Shown here in pieces: positions 14,166 through 26,570 of a stretch of DNA of 64,000 bases. Numbering within the stretch: the first letter of the stretch is position 1; every line of letters starts with the position of its first letter. A program made the position numbers and the translations under genes. This DNA comes from Tubiluchus corallicola (lineage: Eukaryota; Animalia; Priapulida), in the NCBI GenBank assembly GCA_030141605.1, contig JAQGDQ010000011.1, positions 1,236,066 to 1,300,065 on the forward strand. The letters run 5' to 3'. The notes under the pieces were generated by a model. It worked only from the letters and a program-made list of their open reading frames with translations. It was not told where the DNA came from and did not search any database.

Positions 14166-14576
14166 TTTAATGTGGATCAAAGCTGCTCGAAATTGATCAA
14201 ATTGAAGGCAGACTTTTTACTCCTTATTTTTCTCTCTTAATTTTGTCATGAGACTGATACATTTTAAGTATCAAGACTGTTTTCAATCAAAGCAGTTGGA
14301 AATAAATAGCAGATTGAAATACCAGATTGACTGAAAAGTGTCGTGTAAAAGGGAAGCTGCATAAAGCAATAACGCCAAGTAGTAGAAATGCTGAATATTT
14401 GTGTCACCTAACCACGTTTCTGTGTTATAACCATTTCCGGCATGCAGAAATGCAGCACTCGGAAGACTACCATACTACTGCCGCAGCCTTTTCCTTATAT
14501 TTTTAACAACGAAAGCCTGGCAACACTGTCACAGTTTACGGGGTTAAAAGATTAAGAGTTCTTTTTTCATTTATAG

Positions 14577-14804
14577 CAAAATCAAGCAAGATATTAACCA
14601 GCTGAAGCGGTTGGGTGCCTTGCGGGCAGATGTCCCAGCTGTAGAAGTGGGACGCCAGTGTGAGAGATGCAGGGTACAACTTGGGCGAGTGATAGGAGCC
14701 GGGGCTTTGTGTTCCACTTGTAACAAGAAAGTCTGTAGTGGCTGTCAGCGGTTCACTACACCTGAACAGAATACCTGGTTATGCAAAGTCTGCCATAGGC
14801 AACA
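14577..14804 (+). CDS. Slp exon 2: FYVE-related Zn finger of the SHD
   Basis: CERC...CSTCNKKVCSGC...WLCKVC; acceptor tttatag|, donor CA|gtaagt; phase 2-2. Confidence 0.9.
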
Positions 14805-15488
14805 GTAAGTGCACAGTAGCCACAAATAACTTTTAGAGAATTAGCTGTACTACAAATGAATGTAAAGCAGTGTGATTAACCCTGACTGTGCAGTTTATGC
14901 AGACTGCTAACACCAAAAGCACAAAGGCAACACCAAATGATATATATCAAATCAGTGCCACAAATTGGACATTTTTGACTCGTCACCAATATAGAATCTT
15001 TTCTAGTCTTTCATCTTATCATTACTGGAACTTAATTTTTGATATAGGGTGAAGGAAGACTATCGGTGCTACAGTTCTGAGACAAACGCTTTTGCATTGC
15101 TAATTGACACTGCATTTGTCTAAATACACACAATTTAAAATCCAATAACTTCTGTTATAAAAACTTCATTTGTGTACAATCCAATTTGCAAAACCCTCTT
15201 ACCAAAAGTGGCAAGACCAAGGCTTTAGCTCTCTTTATATTTTTTGCAAAGCTGATGTTTCAGTTAAGTTGGAGTAATTTAAAAATAACCTACATTTCGC
15301 AGTAGAAATAACATGTTTTTTTATGCAAAATGGCATAAAAATGTTACATTCAGTAAAGCTCTATCCACATTTTTCTGTTAGCTGGAAGACTGGCCTAACT
15401 GCTAAATTAAATGGTGTTTTATAAATGCTTCTTAGAGTAATAAATGTGTTTTTAATACAAAATTACAATACAGATTTTTCATTTAAAG

Positions 15489-15610
15489 GCTCTTTAAACT
15501 GGAGTCTGGAGACTGGTTTTATAAAACTCAGAAGGGGACGAATAAAGATTCTGTTTCAGCTGCAGAAATTGTTCGCATGTCACTTAGGAAAACAAATCCT
15601 ATGTATAAAG
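15489..15610 (+). CDS. Slp exon 3: SHD2 (SGDWFY)
   Basis: LFKLESGDWFYKTQK... matches the SGxWF Rab27-binding motif; AAG acceptor, donor G|gtgagg; phase 2-1. Confidence 0.88.
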
Positions 15611-15774
15611 GTGAGGAAACTTTTATTCCTTGTGATCCTATTTTAAAATAACGATAATATTGTTACAATCTTCTGTGATGTGTATCCCTTAAATATTGTA
15701 CCTTTGCTATTGTTTCTGTGTGCGATTTGGCTTCCTTTTTATGAAAAATAGTGACACTAGTCAACCCCTCACAG

Positions 15775-17478
15775 GGACTCCACCAAAGAAGCCAAAAAGA
15801 GCCAGTCTTGAGAAGCGGCATATCATATCAACAGATCTGGTCACTGATGGTGATGCAACTGGGCAAGATGGGTCATCATTGAACAGTTCAGCAACCAGAA
15901 CAGAAGATGCAACATTAAATTCGTTTCTTGAGGAAAATGCTCATGGAAAACAGCCTTTAGACACACCATTAAAATCTACTTATGACATTCGCCATGAACT
16001 GGAAGTCCTTGCCGGAATCAAATTTCAACCTCCCCAGATGAGTCACAGTGTTCCTCCCAAGCCGAAACCTCGTGCTTCGGTTGAACAGTTGCGCTATGAC
16101 ATTGAGTCAATTGTTAGTGGTAAGCTAGTGAGCATTCCACCTGAAGCAAAAGTAGAAGATATAACTGACAACAAGCAAAGTGCATCTGATTATATTACTA
16201 CCGAAGCAGATGATAGCCTGTGCCACTGCTTGTCCGAACAGCAACGACAAGATGTCATACTCGCCCAGCTTAGAAATATAACAGAATCGGCAGCGAGCTG
16301 TTTGGATATATCTGGTCCATTGCTTGATAAAAGCAAGGCTGCACTTTTCTCAGAACCCTTACCTCTGGTGCATCAAAAAAACATTTTGTACTATGGAGAA
16401 AATGAACCGATGCCTCCCGAAGTAACAATTGAAGACGAGGCAGTGTCAAATGACTTCAAACCAAGTGATAACATAGAGTTGCTGTTTGAGTCAGAAAACT
16501 ACCTACCATCAGAAGTAGAACTTCAAAAGGAATGTGTGAATGACCACTATGATTTTGGAGAATGTTCAGAAACACTAAGAAAGGACAGCGAACAAACGGA
16601 AGAAAGCTTCAATATTTCCGCACATGAGTTGACAATGGATGAATCACTCGTGCTAAAAAATGTGCCAGTAGCCAAAGCAAGGCAGCATAACATTGTCGAA
16701 GAAGACGACCAAAGTCTGGGTGCAGACTGTTATTCTGCAATTACATATGAGTCAGCTGACGTATTCGTGCCACAAGATGACAGCAACCCGACAATTGATT
16801 CCCAAACACTGGTAGAGAAGAGCGAAGATGAGTATAAAGACGATCACGCACATGCAGAATATAATGACAGAGAGCTAACACAAACATCTGTGTCATTTAA
16901 TTTTGAAGCAACAGTCTCATGTATTCAAGAAATCGAAGCGAGTATCAATCAAAGTACACACTTAGAGGAAAGTGGCTACAATGAAAGTACACAATTAGAG
17001 GAAAGTGGTTATAATCATAGTACACAATTAGAAGAAAGTGGTTACAATCAAAGTACGCAATTAGAAGGAAGTAGTTACATTACAGCACTTGAGTCTCCAG
17101 AAACTCTGCAAACTGTAAGCGAAATAGCAACAGACACACCTGAAAAACAGGTAAAAGAGACATCAAAAGATGCTGATGTTACACCAATAACTGGTAATGA
17201 AATGTCTGAAGTTCCATTTGAACAAACAATTCTAGAAGAAGTTGACAATTCTTCTACAAAAGAAAATAATTGGACAGATGGCTTGCTATCTGGAACTTCT
17301 TCGCCTGCCTTAACGAACACTGCTGTTGAACAACTTCGAACCATAGCAACAGAAGACAAAGTTGAAGACTGTTTCACAGAAGAAAGTGATGACTTCTCTG
17401 TAGCCAGAAAGGAAAGTTTTTCAAGAGGAGACAAACTGAGGCAGGCAACACGGTACAAAAGTCCAAAAAAGGTTAACT
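15775..17478 (+). CDS. Slp exon 4: large acidic, low-complexity linker exon (568 codons)
   Basis: Lies inside the 597-aa ORF; phase-1 acceptor ccctcacag| and phase-1 donor T|gtaagt; includes a 4x 33-bp repeat (NQSTxLEESGY) at ~16948-17079. Confidence 0.7.
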
Positions 17479-17659
17479 GTAAGTATTAGTTGTTTATATA
17501 ATAAGATAACATATTAGTTGTTACTAATGCACATCAAACTAAAAATTATGAAATCAAACTGCAAATTAGAAAACAAGTAAAAATCAGCATATTTACTAAA
17601 AATGACAAAAGCAAAAATGACTGATTTATAAATTAATGTTATTAACTTTTAAATTAAAG

Positions 17660-20610
17660 CTGCTGTTAATGATGAAAAGAGTCCAAACATTGACACGGTT
17701 GAGAAGCAGCTGAGAGGGATTGTCGACCAAAGAACTAAATACAGCCAGCTAAAAGAATCTTCTGATGAGAGAGAAAATGGTTTGATTTTAAATGGAAATT
17801 TTGAAGATGACATTCCAGGATTGTTTACAGTTATAGAGTCGGACAAAGCATGCGAGCATTCACAACCTCACTCTAGCAAGCTTATTGTCTTTGATGAGTT
17901 GATGACTTTTGCTCATGCTGTTGTACTACAAAATTCACCAGGTGGTTTAGAATTAACACTACAGCATCTTCAACCTCATTGGACAGATACTTCTAACCCG
18001 TTGTTACATCTGTATGATTCTTTTGTTGACAAAAAAGAAACATTTTTTACTGAAAATTGTCAAGATCACATGCCACCTTCCATACATTTAGAAGGTACAA
18101 CAGAACTCCCAACTGATTTAGATGAAACGTTTACAGTTGTGTCACATTCTGACAAGTCCAATCGTCAAGCACGTGGCCTGAGTGAGCATCTTGATAATAG
18201 GCTGCAGAATGACTGGTATGCTTGTTCCACAGTGGATGAATGTGTTCTCAATACTGAAATTACTTTTCCAAATGTTGTAGACATTCGTGGTGATTTACAA
18301 GACTTCATGGATGCGGTACAGTATTTTATGACTACCAACACAAACGTAGCAGCACAATGCCTAAACGAAAAGGTCACCTTTTATGAAAAATTGGATATTA
18401 GTAGCTCAATTAGTATAAAATTTTATGAGATTCTTGGGATTGAAATTCTTAGCCAGTCTTTTCCAGAAAGTGTTAATTTAGTTAACTGTGATGTTTTGGA
18501 AAGTTTGCATTCTCATTTTAGTGCAAAATCTTTTTACCCATTAGATCCACTTGCATACACACAAGTTAAAAATGTTTCAGTGCCACAGGAAATTCGTCTG
18601 GAAAATTTTAATATCAATGAGAACAAAAGTGATTTGTTTTTAAGATTTGAAACATTGTCTTTCCATAAAGAAATCAATTTAAGTGATCACACAAACAAGA
18701 AACATAAACTGGAAGATATAAACCAATCAAATACAACTACTGCCACACACAAACAGCAGCAGCCTATACATGAAACATCAAGCAAACAAAGTTTCAATAA
18801 TATTTGCCACAATTTAAGTAACAACTCCTTCACTGAAAGTTTGATCACTTCAAATGAAATCCAATGTACATTTCACTGTAGCAAACAAAATGCAATCTTT
18901 GCTTTTAACTTAGCGAGTGCAACTTCATTTCCACTTACTGTTGAACTGCAACACATATCGAACCTTTTAGTGAATGTTTCCGACGATATCAGCACATGCG
19001 TAATTAAAAGCTCTGTGCCTACTGAAAAAGTTTCACCGGCTGTTAGTACTGCAAGTGAAGCAGAGATCATCAGTTTATCTTCTCCATTTGTTATGATTGA
19101 GGATGAGCAACTAGCGTTTTTTGACGATGAACGTAATGGGTTTATAATTGTTGACGCTGACGAAGCTCCAACTCTTGTAATTTGTAGTGAAGATGATGGC
19201 CAACATGGGGAAGATTTTTCTAAGCTAAGTGTTGCAAAACAAAATGCATATATTGTTTCATCCACTTTGTCATCGATTACGAATGTTAAAGTACACAGTC
19301 AGGAAGCTGAGTTTGATGAACATACAAGATTTCTGCCAGAAACTGATTTGAATGTGCTACCTGACGTTGTCATGTTTGCTGATAAAAATGAACTTCCTTT
19401 TACTGCTGAAAGTAGAACCCATCAGTTCTTACTCGAAGGAGCTCATCATCCTGAGCCTTTGCCACACGATGTTACACTTGACGAATTATCAAAAACTATG
19501 CAATCAATGGCACTTCGGAAGAGTCTTTTCCGCACTCATCAGACCGGAAAACAACATGGATATTACCAACGTGGGGATAGTCAAGTTGTTCACCAACAAA
19601 ACAAAGAGAAAATAATTCCTGGCACAGAAATTTGTTTCTTCACTACCCAAATTGACACTTTTGGAACAGCCAATCAGTACGACACTGACCAGTCTTCAAA
19701 AGTAGATCTTGAAAGACAACCCTGGCCTTGCGTTATAGCTCTTGAAGATGAGACTTTTATGTTTGCTCTTGAAAGTAAAGGCATTCAATCTGATTCAGCT
19801 AGTGGTGGTCAAGATGAGGTTTCCACAGTCATTCCTGAAATTCATGCTGATATTTCTGATGTAAGTCTTAACAACAATGCTATTGATTCTGAGGAAGGTG
19901 ATGTAACTCTTGGCAGCAAAGGTAACGATTCTGAGGGAACTTTGCCATCTGAGGTACATCTTGAAAATGAAGGTCAGATTTCAGAAGTAATTATTGAATC
20001 TCCAATAATTCTGGAGGCTTCTGGTGTAGCTGTTGAAAATCAAGCTGAAGCCTCTGAATTAACTTTTGAGAAGCAAACTTTGCCATCTGAAATAAATTTT
20101 GAGAGTCAAGGTCAGGCTTTAGAAGTAATTGTTGAAGCTCCAACCGAGGTTTATGGTGTAGCTGTTGAAAGTCAAGCTGAAGCTTATGCTCTAATATTTG
20201 AGAACCAAAGTTGGCGATCTGAAATAGATCTTGAAAGTCAAGGTGAAACTTCAAAAGTAATTATTGAAACTCCAACCGAGGCTTATGGTGTAGCTGTTGA
20301 ACGACAAGCAGAAGCCTCTGAATTATCTTTTGAGAACCAAACTTTGCCATCTGAAATAGACCTTGAGAGTCAAAGTAAGACTTCAGAAGTAATTATTGAA
20401 ACTCCAGCCGAGGCTTCTGGTGCAGCTGTTGAAAGTCAAACTGTACCCTGTGACACAACTCTACAGAACAGCAACAATGTGTTAACAGAAACTACTGTTG
20501 GTGGTTTAGACGAAAAGCCTGTGAGTGAACAGATGTTCAAAAGGGGAGGCACACATCGTTCTGCCATTCGCAGAAAAAAGAAACCCAGGAAAACTGTTCT
20601 TGAAAAATAA
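17660..20610 (+). CDS. Slp exon 5: very large acidic exon ending in a stop codon (candidate alternative last exon)
   Basis: Phase-1 AAG acceptor at 17657-17659 is in frame with the 942-aa ORF; 4 repeats of 44-46 aa (TLPSEIDLESQ...EAxGVAVE.Q) at 19939-20445; stop TAA 20608-20610. Confidence 0.65.
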
Positions 20611-21856
20611 TTTTTCTTTTTTATTGGAAACCTACATTTAGCACATTCTGTAAGTACTGTATCGGCAACTGTCTGCTCTTTCACTTTCTTTTCAGTCCTC
20701 AGAATTATTGTGTTTACTTGGCAAGCTTTCAACAGCTTTCATCTCTAATATTATCTTATATACATATAGCTGCCTCTATATGGAACTCGCTACCAGTGTC
20801 AACTTTTTTCTGATCATGAGGTTTGACACTTTAAGGGGAATGATAGTGGTAGACTAGTGAATTACAGACATGTAAATTATTGTCAAAGAAATCTATTATA
20901 CCTACTTAGTTATCGCATGTGAGCTATTGTCAAATACTTCCTTCTTTTCATTTGCTCAAAGCAGACTGTTGGCTTTCTCGCTTAGGATGGTTTTTGCAAA
21001 AGGACAGCAAATTTTACAGCAGATACGTAGTAATACAGAACAAAAACAGTATGCACTGCTTAAATTACATTGAACTTATATACGTAAACATTTACACTAA
21101 CAGGTAAATAAAAAATATTACTTGTTTACTGTGGTCACCTGTACGCCATATAACTTGCAAACGTAGTAGTTAGATGGGGAACAGAATTTGTTAATATGTC
21201 AAGTGGTGGTGTCAGCAGGTGGTTTAATTGCGTGTTAATTATTAATTGCACAATCTTTTTTATTGTAGTATAGCTTGCACAAGTTAATTTATATAATTTA
21301 TGTGTGTACTTGATGCACAATACGTACATAGTGTACTTCTGTGTATTTATGCAAGTTGTGGTGTCAATGTGTTACTAAACTAGTTGTTATTCTTGCTTAT
21401 GGAAAGTCTAGGCACGTTTTTATTGTTACTTATGTTCGTTTTAATTAATTTGCTCACTCTTATAATTATTGTTACATATTATCAGACTTGCTAATAATTT
21501 ACACGGATAGATAAATCTTCGCCCAGTTATGTCACTTGTTCTAATTAGCCTCGTGAATGCGACAGGTCATTCTCGTGATTGTAATCATGATGAATGGTAA
21601 CCATAATTTACAATATGAGTTTGCACCATACTTAGTTTTTTAATGCACATCACTTGTTTAACAGTTTGCTAAAAATAACATCCTTCAGATTTTCAAATGT
21701 TTAACTGTTAATTAAGTCACATATGAAGCATGGTGCATGTGCAGTATATTTGCACTTTTATGTTCTAACGTGCTTCAAAAATTTCATACTTTTGTATAAA
21801 ACCGTCACATATTAAAACTGCACCACCACAGCACAGCAACTATGTTGCTTTTTCAG

Positions 21857-22383
21857 CCCGATTTCCAGGGCACTCGGATGAACTGGCCAGCCAACAAAAG
21901 AGGCCTGTTGTCATAAAAGAGGAGCCGGAGCCAAAATTTCCTAGAAGATCACCCAAAAATGAAGAAAGAGCACGTAAAGGGCATTCGACGCCAAAAAGTG
22001 TGTACTCGGACTCTTTTCCAAAAGAGCTGGAATTCTCTCAGCAGGAACAGAGAGCAGAATCTTCTGAAGCAAGTGACTCCTCTGCTCGGGGTTCGATATC
22101 ACCACGAAGTTCTCCCGGTGCCTCGCCAAGAGGAGGTTCACCAGTGACAGTGTTGTCCTGCTCACCAGCAGTAATGAAGTCTAGTAGAGGATCACCAGTA
22201 ATGTTGTCCACCGGACAGACTAGTCCAACTACCAGATCTGGTTCACCAGCATTGAGCAGCATAGAGAAGTCAGTCAAGTTCTCGTCACCGGATCATTCAC
22301 CAAAATACTATCATTCAACTTCTCCTAGTTCATCAGAGCTTCCCTCAATATCTGTTACTGACTACACGAGAAGTAAAGCTTTG
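21857..22383 (+). CDS. Slp exon 6: Ser/Pro-rich linker
   Basis: tttttcag| phase 1; RFPGHSDELASQQKRP...SPRSSPGASPRGGSP...; donor TTG|gtgagt. Confidence 0.8.
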
Positions 22384-22892
22384 GTGAGTTGATTTTTCAT
22401 TTTTCCTTTGCAATAAAGTCATAAATCGTTTTATTCAACTACATCAAAATATATTTTAAATTTTGAATCTGATAACTAACGTTAGCGACCCAGCATCACT
22501 TAGACCTGCATTCCAGACAATTTTCTTCAAAGTCCAATATGAAGTTTTTGTGATAAAGCTTGCAAGCTATTTTACTCCACGTACTCCAATACTAGCTCGA
22601 CTACCAATTTGAACTACGTATTCTTTCTGTTAAACTTGAAAAGGAACAATAACATAGTAGACATCCACTCAGACATTGAAAAGATTGTTGCTGTTATCTT
22701 TGATATTTCATGCGCAAATAATGAACTAAATCAATTGAATACTAACTTGTGTTCTCTCTCTCTCGATTTCTCTTTCCCCTTTCTCTCTTTCTCCTCTCTC
22801 TCTCTCGATTTCTCTTTCCCCCTCTCTCTCTATGCGTTCTACAATGAACAACAACTGCTCACTACGTTAGTTCACTAATCATTTTCATGAAG

Positions 22893-23069
22893 CGTCAAGT
22901 ACCAGAGGAAACAGTCAAAGAAGCAGATGAAGAACTTGAAGCATTCGATGAGGTTGTAGTTCTTTCCGACTTAATGACTGAATCTGAAGATGATGACGAT
23001 ATTGACGAAGCGATCATGAGGCACAGGAGAGAAACTGGGGCAATGTCAAGCCAAAAATCACTGTCCATG
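22893..23069 (+). CDS. Slp exon 7: acidic linker
   Basis: Branch-like CACTAAT plus AAG acceptor; RQVPEETV...DDDDIDEAIMRHRR...SLSM; donor |gtaagg; phase 0-0. Confidence 0.75.
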
Positions 23070-23851
23070 GTAAGGCTTGTAATTACGTTTTTTGACTGAG
23101 TAGTATAGATTTTTATTATTGTAGTTCGTTTTTCGATGTGGAAGTTAAAACAGGAGCCTGGAAGTGGCACTGAATTCAAATGTTCTACATACTACTCGTT
23201 TGTTAATAGTTGACGCACGTCGAAGGAGATGGCTTTGGCTAGCACTAGAACAGCAGCAAACATTGGTTCGTGATCGTTAGATTCTATAATGATAATTACA
23301 CCATGTAAGATCATTTAAAACGCAATAATCTAGCTAGCATGCTCAGTAATTTGAATTAAGACAAACAATTAATAACAATCGGTGACTCTGCAGACAAGAA
23401 TAAATTTCTCCTATAACCCGATGACCTATTGGTAGTTTGAAGGGATTACTGTGGCAAATACTTTGTCTTTTTACCGCGCACTGATGATGATGTAATCATA
23501 GGGCGGCCATTTCCAGATCTGGAAAAACAAGGACATAGCCGTTATATGCATATATTACGTATTTGTTAATACACAAAATGCATCACACAAATTATTGCAT
23601 TTAAACAATTCTGAATTTTTTGTTTGATGCTAACACATAATATGTTAGGCACGTGACACTGGTCGCACTGCAGTAGTGTTGCCAACGGCAACTGCATAAA
23701 ATTATAATGTACATAAAAGTTAGACTGGTTACTGTAGCTGTCGGTAACTGTTCGTGAACGCTACTTGAAAACTTTTAAAATATGTAAAATGCTGTTATAA
23801 TTATATTTTCTTACTGGCAGCCTATATAGCCTAGGTTTCAAAACCTTGCAG

Positions 23852-24033
23852 GGTTCAAGAGAAAGTCTAGTAAGTTTGTACAGCAATGCTGGTGGACTTG
23901 GCGGAGACGTTAACGTCACTGGAGACATAGAATTTGCTATAGAATACGTGAAGAACAGAGAAGAGCTGATTGTAAAGATAATTCAGTGTGTAGACTTGAC
24001 GTGTGGTGATACGAAAAAGCAAAGAACTGATCC
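23852..24033 (+). CDS. Slp exon 8: start of C2A
   Basis: GSRESLVSLYS...DVNVTGDIEFAIEY...KKQRTDP, typical of Slp4/5; donor CC|gtaagt. Confidence 0.92.
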
Positions 24034-24069
24034 GTAAGTTATAGTATTATTTCGATCAGTGTAACATTT

Positions 24070-24400
24070 TGTTAGTTACTGCTGTTACTGTTGCTGCTGA
24101 TTGCTGTTATGCTGGCTGCTGTTATTTCTGACGCAGCTTCTATTGACGCTGATATTAAATTATTAATGGCGATCGTAGTGACAATAACAATCACGATGAT
24201 AATAATGGTGATGATGATGAGAGTGACAGCGATGATGGTGATGGTGACAATATCGGTGATAATATTAGTAGTGGCGATGATGGTGATGGTGATGACGACC
24301 ACTATCATGATTGTGACAGCTGCTACAGTTGTTCCTATTATTGCTGTTGCTACCTCTGATGTTGCTCTTCTGCTTTTACAGCCGCTGCTACTGCTTCTAT
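24070..24400. repeat. Mixed (GCT/GAT)n low-complexity trinucleotide tract
   Basis: Read directly; source of spurious ORFs on both strands. Confidence 0.8.
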
Positions 24401-24630
24401 CAGTTCCATTTTCACACATTTTGGCACTCTGTAGACCAGAACCAAACATTCAAAGATAGCCTCGAGTTATAACTGTGATGCCTTGTGGCCAAGACATATC
24501 TGACTGTCAAAGATAATTCTCTAATTTGAAACACTGAACGGACAGAGATGTCATAGCCTCTTTTGGATCACATACATCTTTCCAATTGAGTGTGAGGCAG
24601 GATGGCAGCCGTACTACACACTTGCTGATT

Positions 24631-24680
24631 GTTACCGATTCACTTAATAACCAGGCTCAGTGCTGCTTAACTTCGATTAC
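24631..24680 (-). mobile_element. 5S rRNA-derived fragment (SINE3-type head or 5S pseudogene piece)
   Basis: Minus strand CGAAGTTAAGCAGCACTGAGCCTGGTTATTAAGTGAATCGGTAAC resembles the 5S internal control region (box A, IE, box C); partial and diverged. Confidence 0.5.
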
Positions 24681-24721
24681 AAAACCCGCATTCAACTGTT
24701 ATGTTTCATTTGATATCTTAG

Positions 24722-24824
24722 GTATGTGAAAACTTATCTGCTGCCTGATAGGTCACGTGCCAGCAAGAGAAAAACTAGAACCAAGAAGAATGCGAAGAAT
24801 CCCAGATTCAATGAAACGTTAAAG
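24722..24824 (+). CDS. Slp exon 9: C2A polybasic region
   Basis: [34 protein letters not shown]; tcttag| acceptor, AAG|gtattt donor. Confidence 0.93.
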
Positions 24825-25191
24825 GTATTTCATTTGTTCAAACAATGGGAACAAGGCCAGCAATAAAATTCACGCCTAATTAACCAAGAACACATCATCC
24901 AGTGTAAGAAAGAAAACGCCAATGATCCCAAAACAATAACCAATGCAACAGAACAGTAATTCTAAGTGCAACAGAACTAAAACACAAAGTCAGATTGGAA
25001 TCCACTATGATGTAGAAGTCAACCAAATATTACTCTAAAATAGCCTAATTATGTTATTCTGCTTTCTTGTACTTGCAGTGAAAACACCGTTCCATGCAAA
25101 TGTTCCATAGAGAAGTAGGTCTGAGGAATGCCACGTGTTTGTAAACCATTTTGCGAGTGTGAACTAATATTTTTTATGGTTATAATTTCAG

Positions 25192-25356
25192 TATTCAAGT
25201 TTGCGTCCCGATGACCTAGAAGGTCGTGTACTGTGCGTGTCGGTTTGGCATGGAGACAAATTTGGACGCAATGTGTTTCTAGGAGAAGTTCAAGTTGATT
25301 TCGACATTCATGATTTTGACGACACCTGTCCTGCTTGGTACGCCCTCTGCCCACGG
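25192..25356 (+). CDS. Slp exon 10: end of C2A
   Basis: ...LCVSVWHGDKFGRNVFLGEV...WYALCPR, the Slp-type WHxDxFGRNxFLG motif; phase 0-0. Confidence 0.93.
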
Positions 25357-25547
25357 GTATGTACAGTTATTGTTTGATTTTTGCTAGCCCAAAATTACTA
25401 TAAAGGATCAGGATTTATCTTTTAGATATCAAATTAGAGATTGTCCGTAAATAATTTCTGTTCTTGTGTTTTTGTCTGTGCTTATTAGTAAGAAATGCTG
25501 AGAAAGTGAAAGAAAGATTCGTCAAACGTTTGAAGGCCATCAACTTT

Positions 25548-26570
25548 ATAAGTGGACTTCTTTTTTTTATTGCTAATAGAAGGCACCATGTGCTACGTAC
25601 AACAGTGTCATTAAATGCACTGTTTCCTTTTTCTTGTTAATAGATGGCACTATGTGCTTTGTATGCCAGTGCCATTAAGTGGTCTGCTTTCTTTTTCTTG
25701 TTAACAGATGGCACTATGTGGTTTGTACAAAGGTGTGGTTAAGTGGACTGCTTTCCTTTTATTGCTAATAGATGGCATTATGTGTTTTGCACAACAGTGT
25801 GGTTAAGTGCACTGCTTTCTTTTTCTTGCTAACAGATGGCACTATGTGATTTGTACAACAGTGCGAGTAATTACATTGCTTTTGTCCATACGATGCTAAT
25901 AGATGGCACTATGTGTTTTGCACAACAATACAGTTAAGTGTCCTGCGTTCTTTTCTTGCTAATTGATGGCACTACGTGTTTTGCAAAAACAGTGCAGTGC
26001 GTTTGTATACATTTACAATCACATGACATCACCATTTTATTTAATTTGCTGCTGTACCAATAGCAGTTAGTGACTGTTGTATGAAGCACAACTATGTGCT
26101 TCCTACATCAGTGCCATTAAATGCACTGACTTCTTTTTCTAGTTAATAGATGGCACTATGTGCTTTGCACAACAGTGCCATTAAGTGGACTGCTTTCTTT
26201 TGCTTGATAACAGATGGTACTATGTATTTTGTACAACCGTGAGGTTAAGTCTCTTGCTTTCTTTTTCTTACTAATAGATGGCTATGTGCTTTGTAAAACA
26301 GTGCCATTAAGTGGATTGCTTTCTTAATCTTGTTAACAGGTAGCACCATGTGCTTTGTATAACAGTGCAGTTAAGTGACTGCTTTCTCTTTCTTGCTAAT
26401 AGATGACACTATGTGTTTCGCACAGCAATACGGTTAAGTGGGCTGTGTCCTTTTCTTGCTAATTGATGACACTATGTGTTTTGCAAAAACAGTGCAGTGC
26501 CTTCGTATTTAGAAGCACACAACATCACTGTTTTGTTTATTTGCTGCTGAACCAGTAGCAGTTATAGTGA
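25548..26570. repeat. ~63-bp minisatellite, ~14 units in two higher-order blocks
   Basis: Unit approximately CTAATAGATGGCACTATGTGCTTTGTACAACAGTGCCATTAAGTGGACTGCTTTCTTTTTCTTG; the same interrupting segment occurs at ~25990-26075 and ~26490-26570. Confidence 0.9.

Noticed and set aside
13912-14170. Poly-Ile and poly-Met ORFs (also 10510-10881 and 24072-24459)
   Set aside because: These are translations of ATC/GAT/GCT microsatellites.
15682-15690. GTATCCCTT resembling a U12-type 5' splice site
   Set aside because: It lies inside an intron already explained by standard GT-AG sites, and no exon ends there.
20521-20526. Strong GTGAGT donor near the end of Slp exon 5 as a link to exon 6
   Set aside because: It is phase 0 whereas the exon-6 acceptors (21857 and 21869) are phase 1, so the join would frameshift. 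Skipping to a later phase-0 exon is not excluded.
25548-26570. CRISPR-like regularly spaced repeats (also 31655-31842 and 41691-42200)
   Set aside because: The inter-repeat sequences are homologous to each other rather than unique spacers, there are no cas genes, and the context is eukaryotic introns or intergenic DNA. These are minisatellites.
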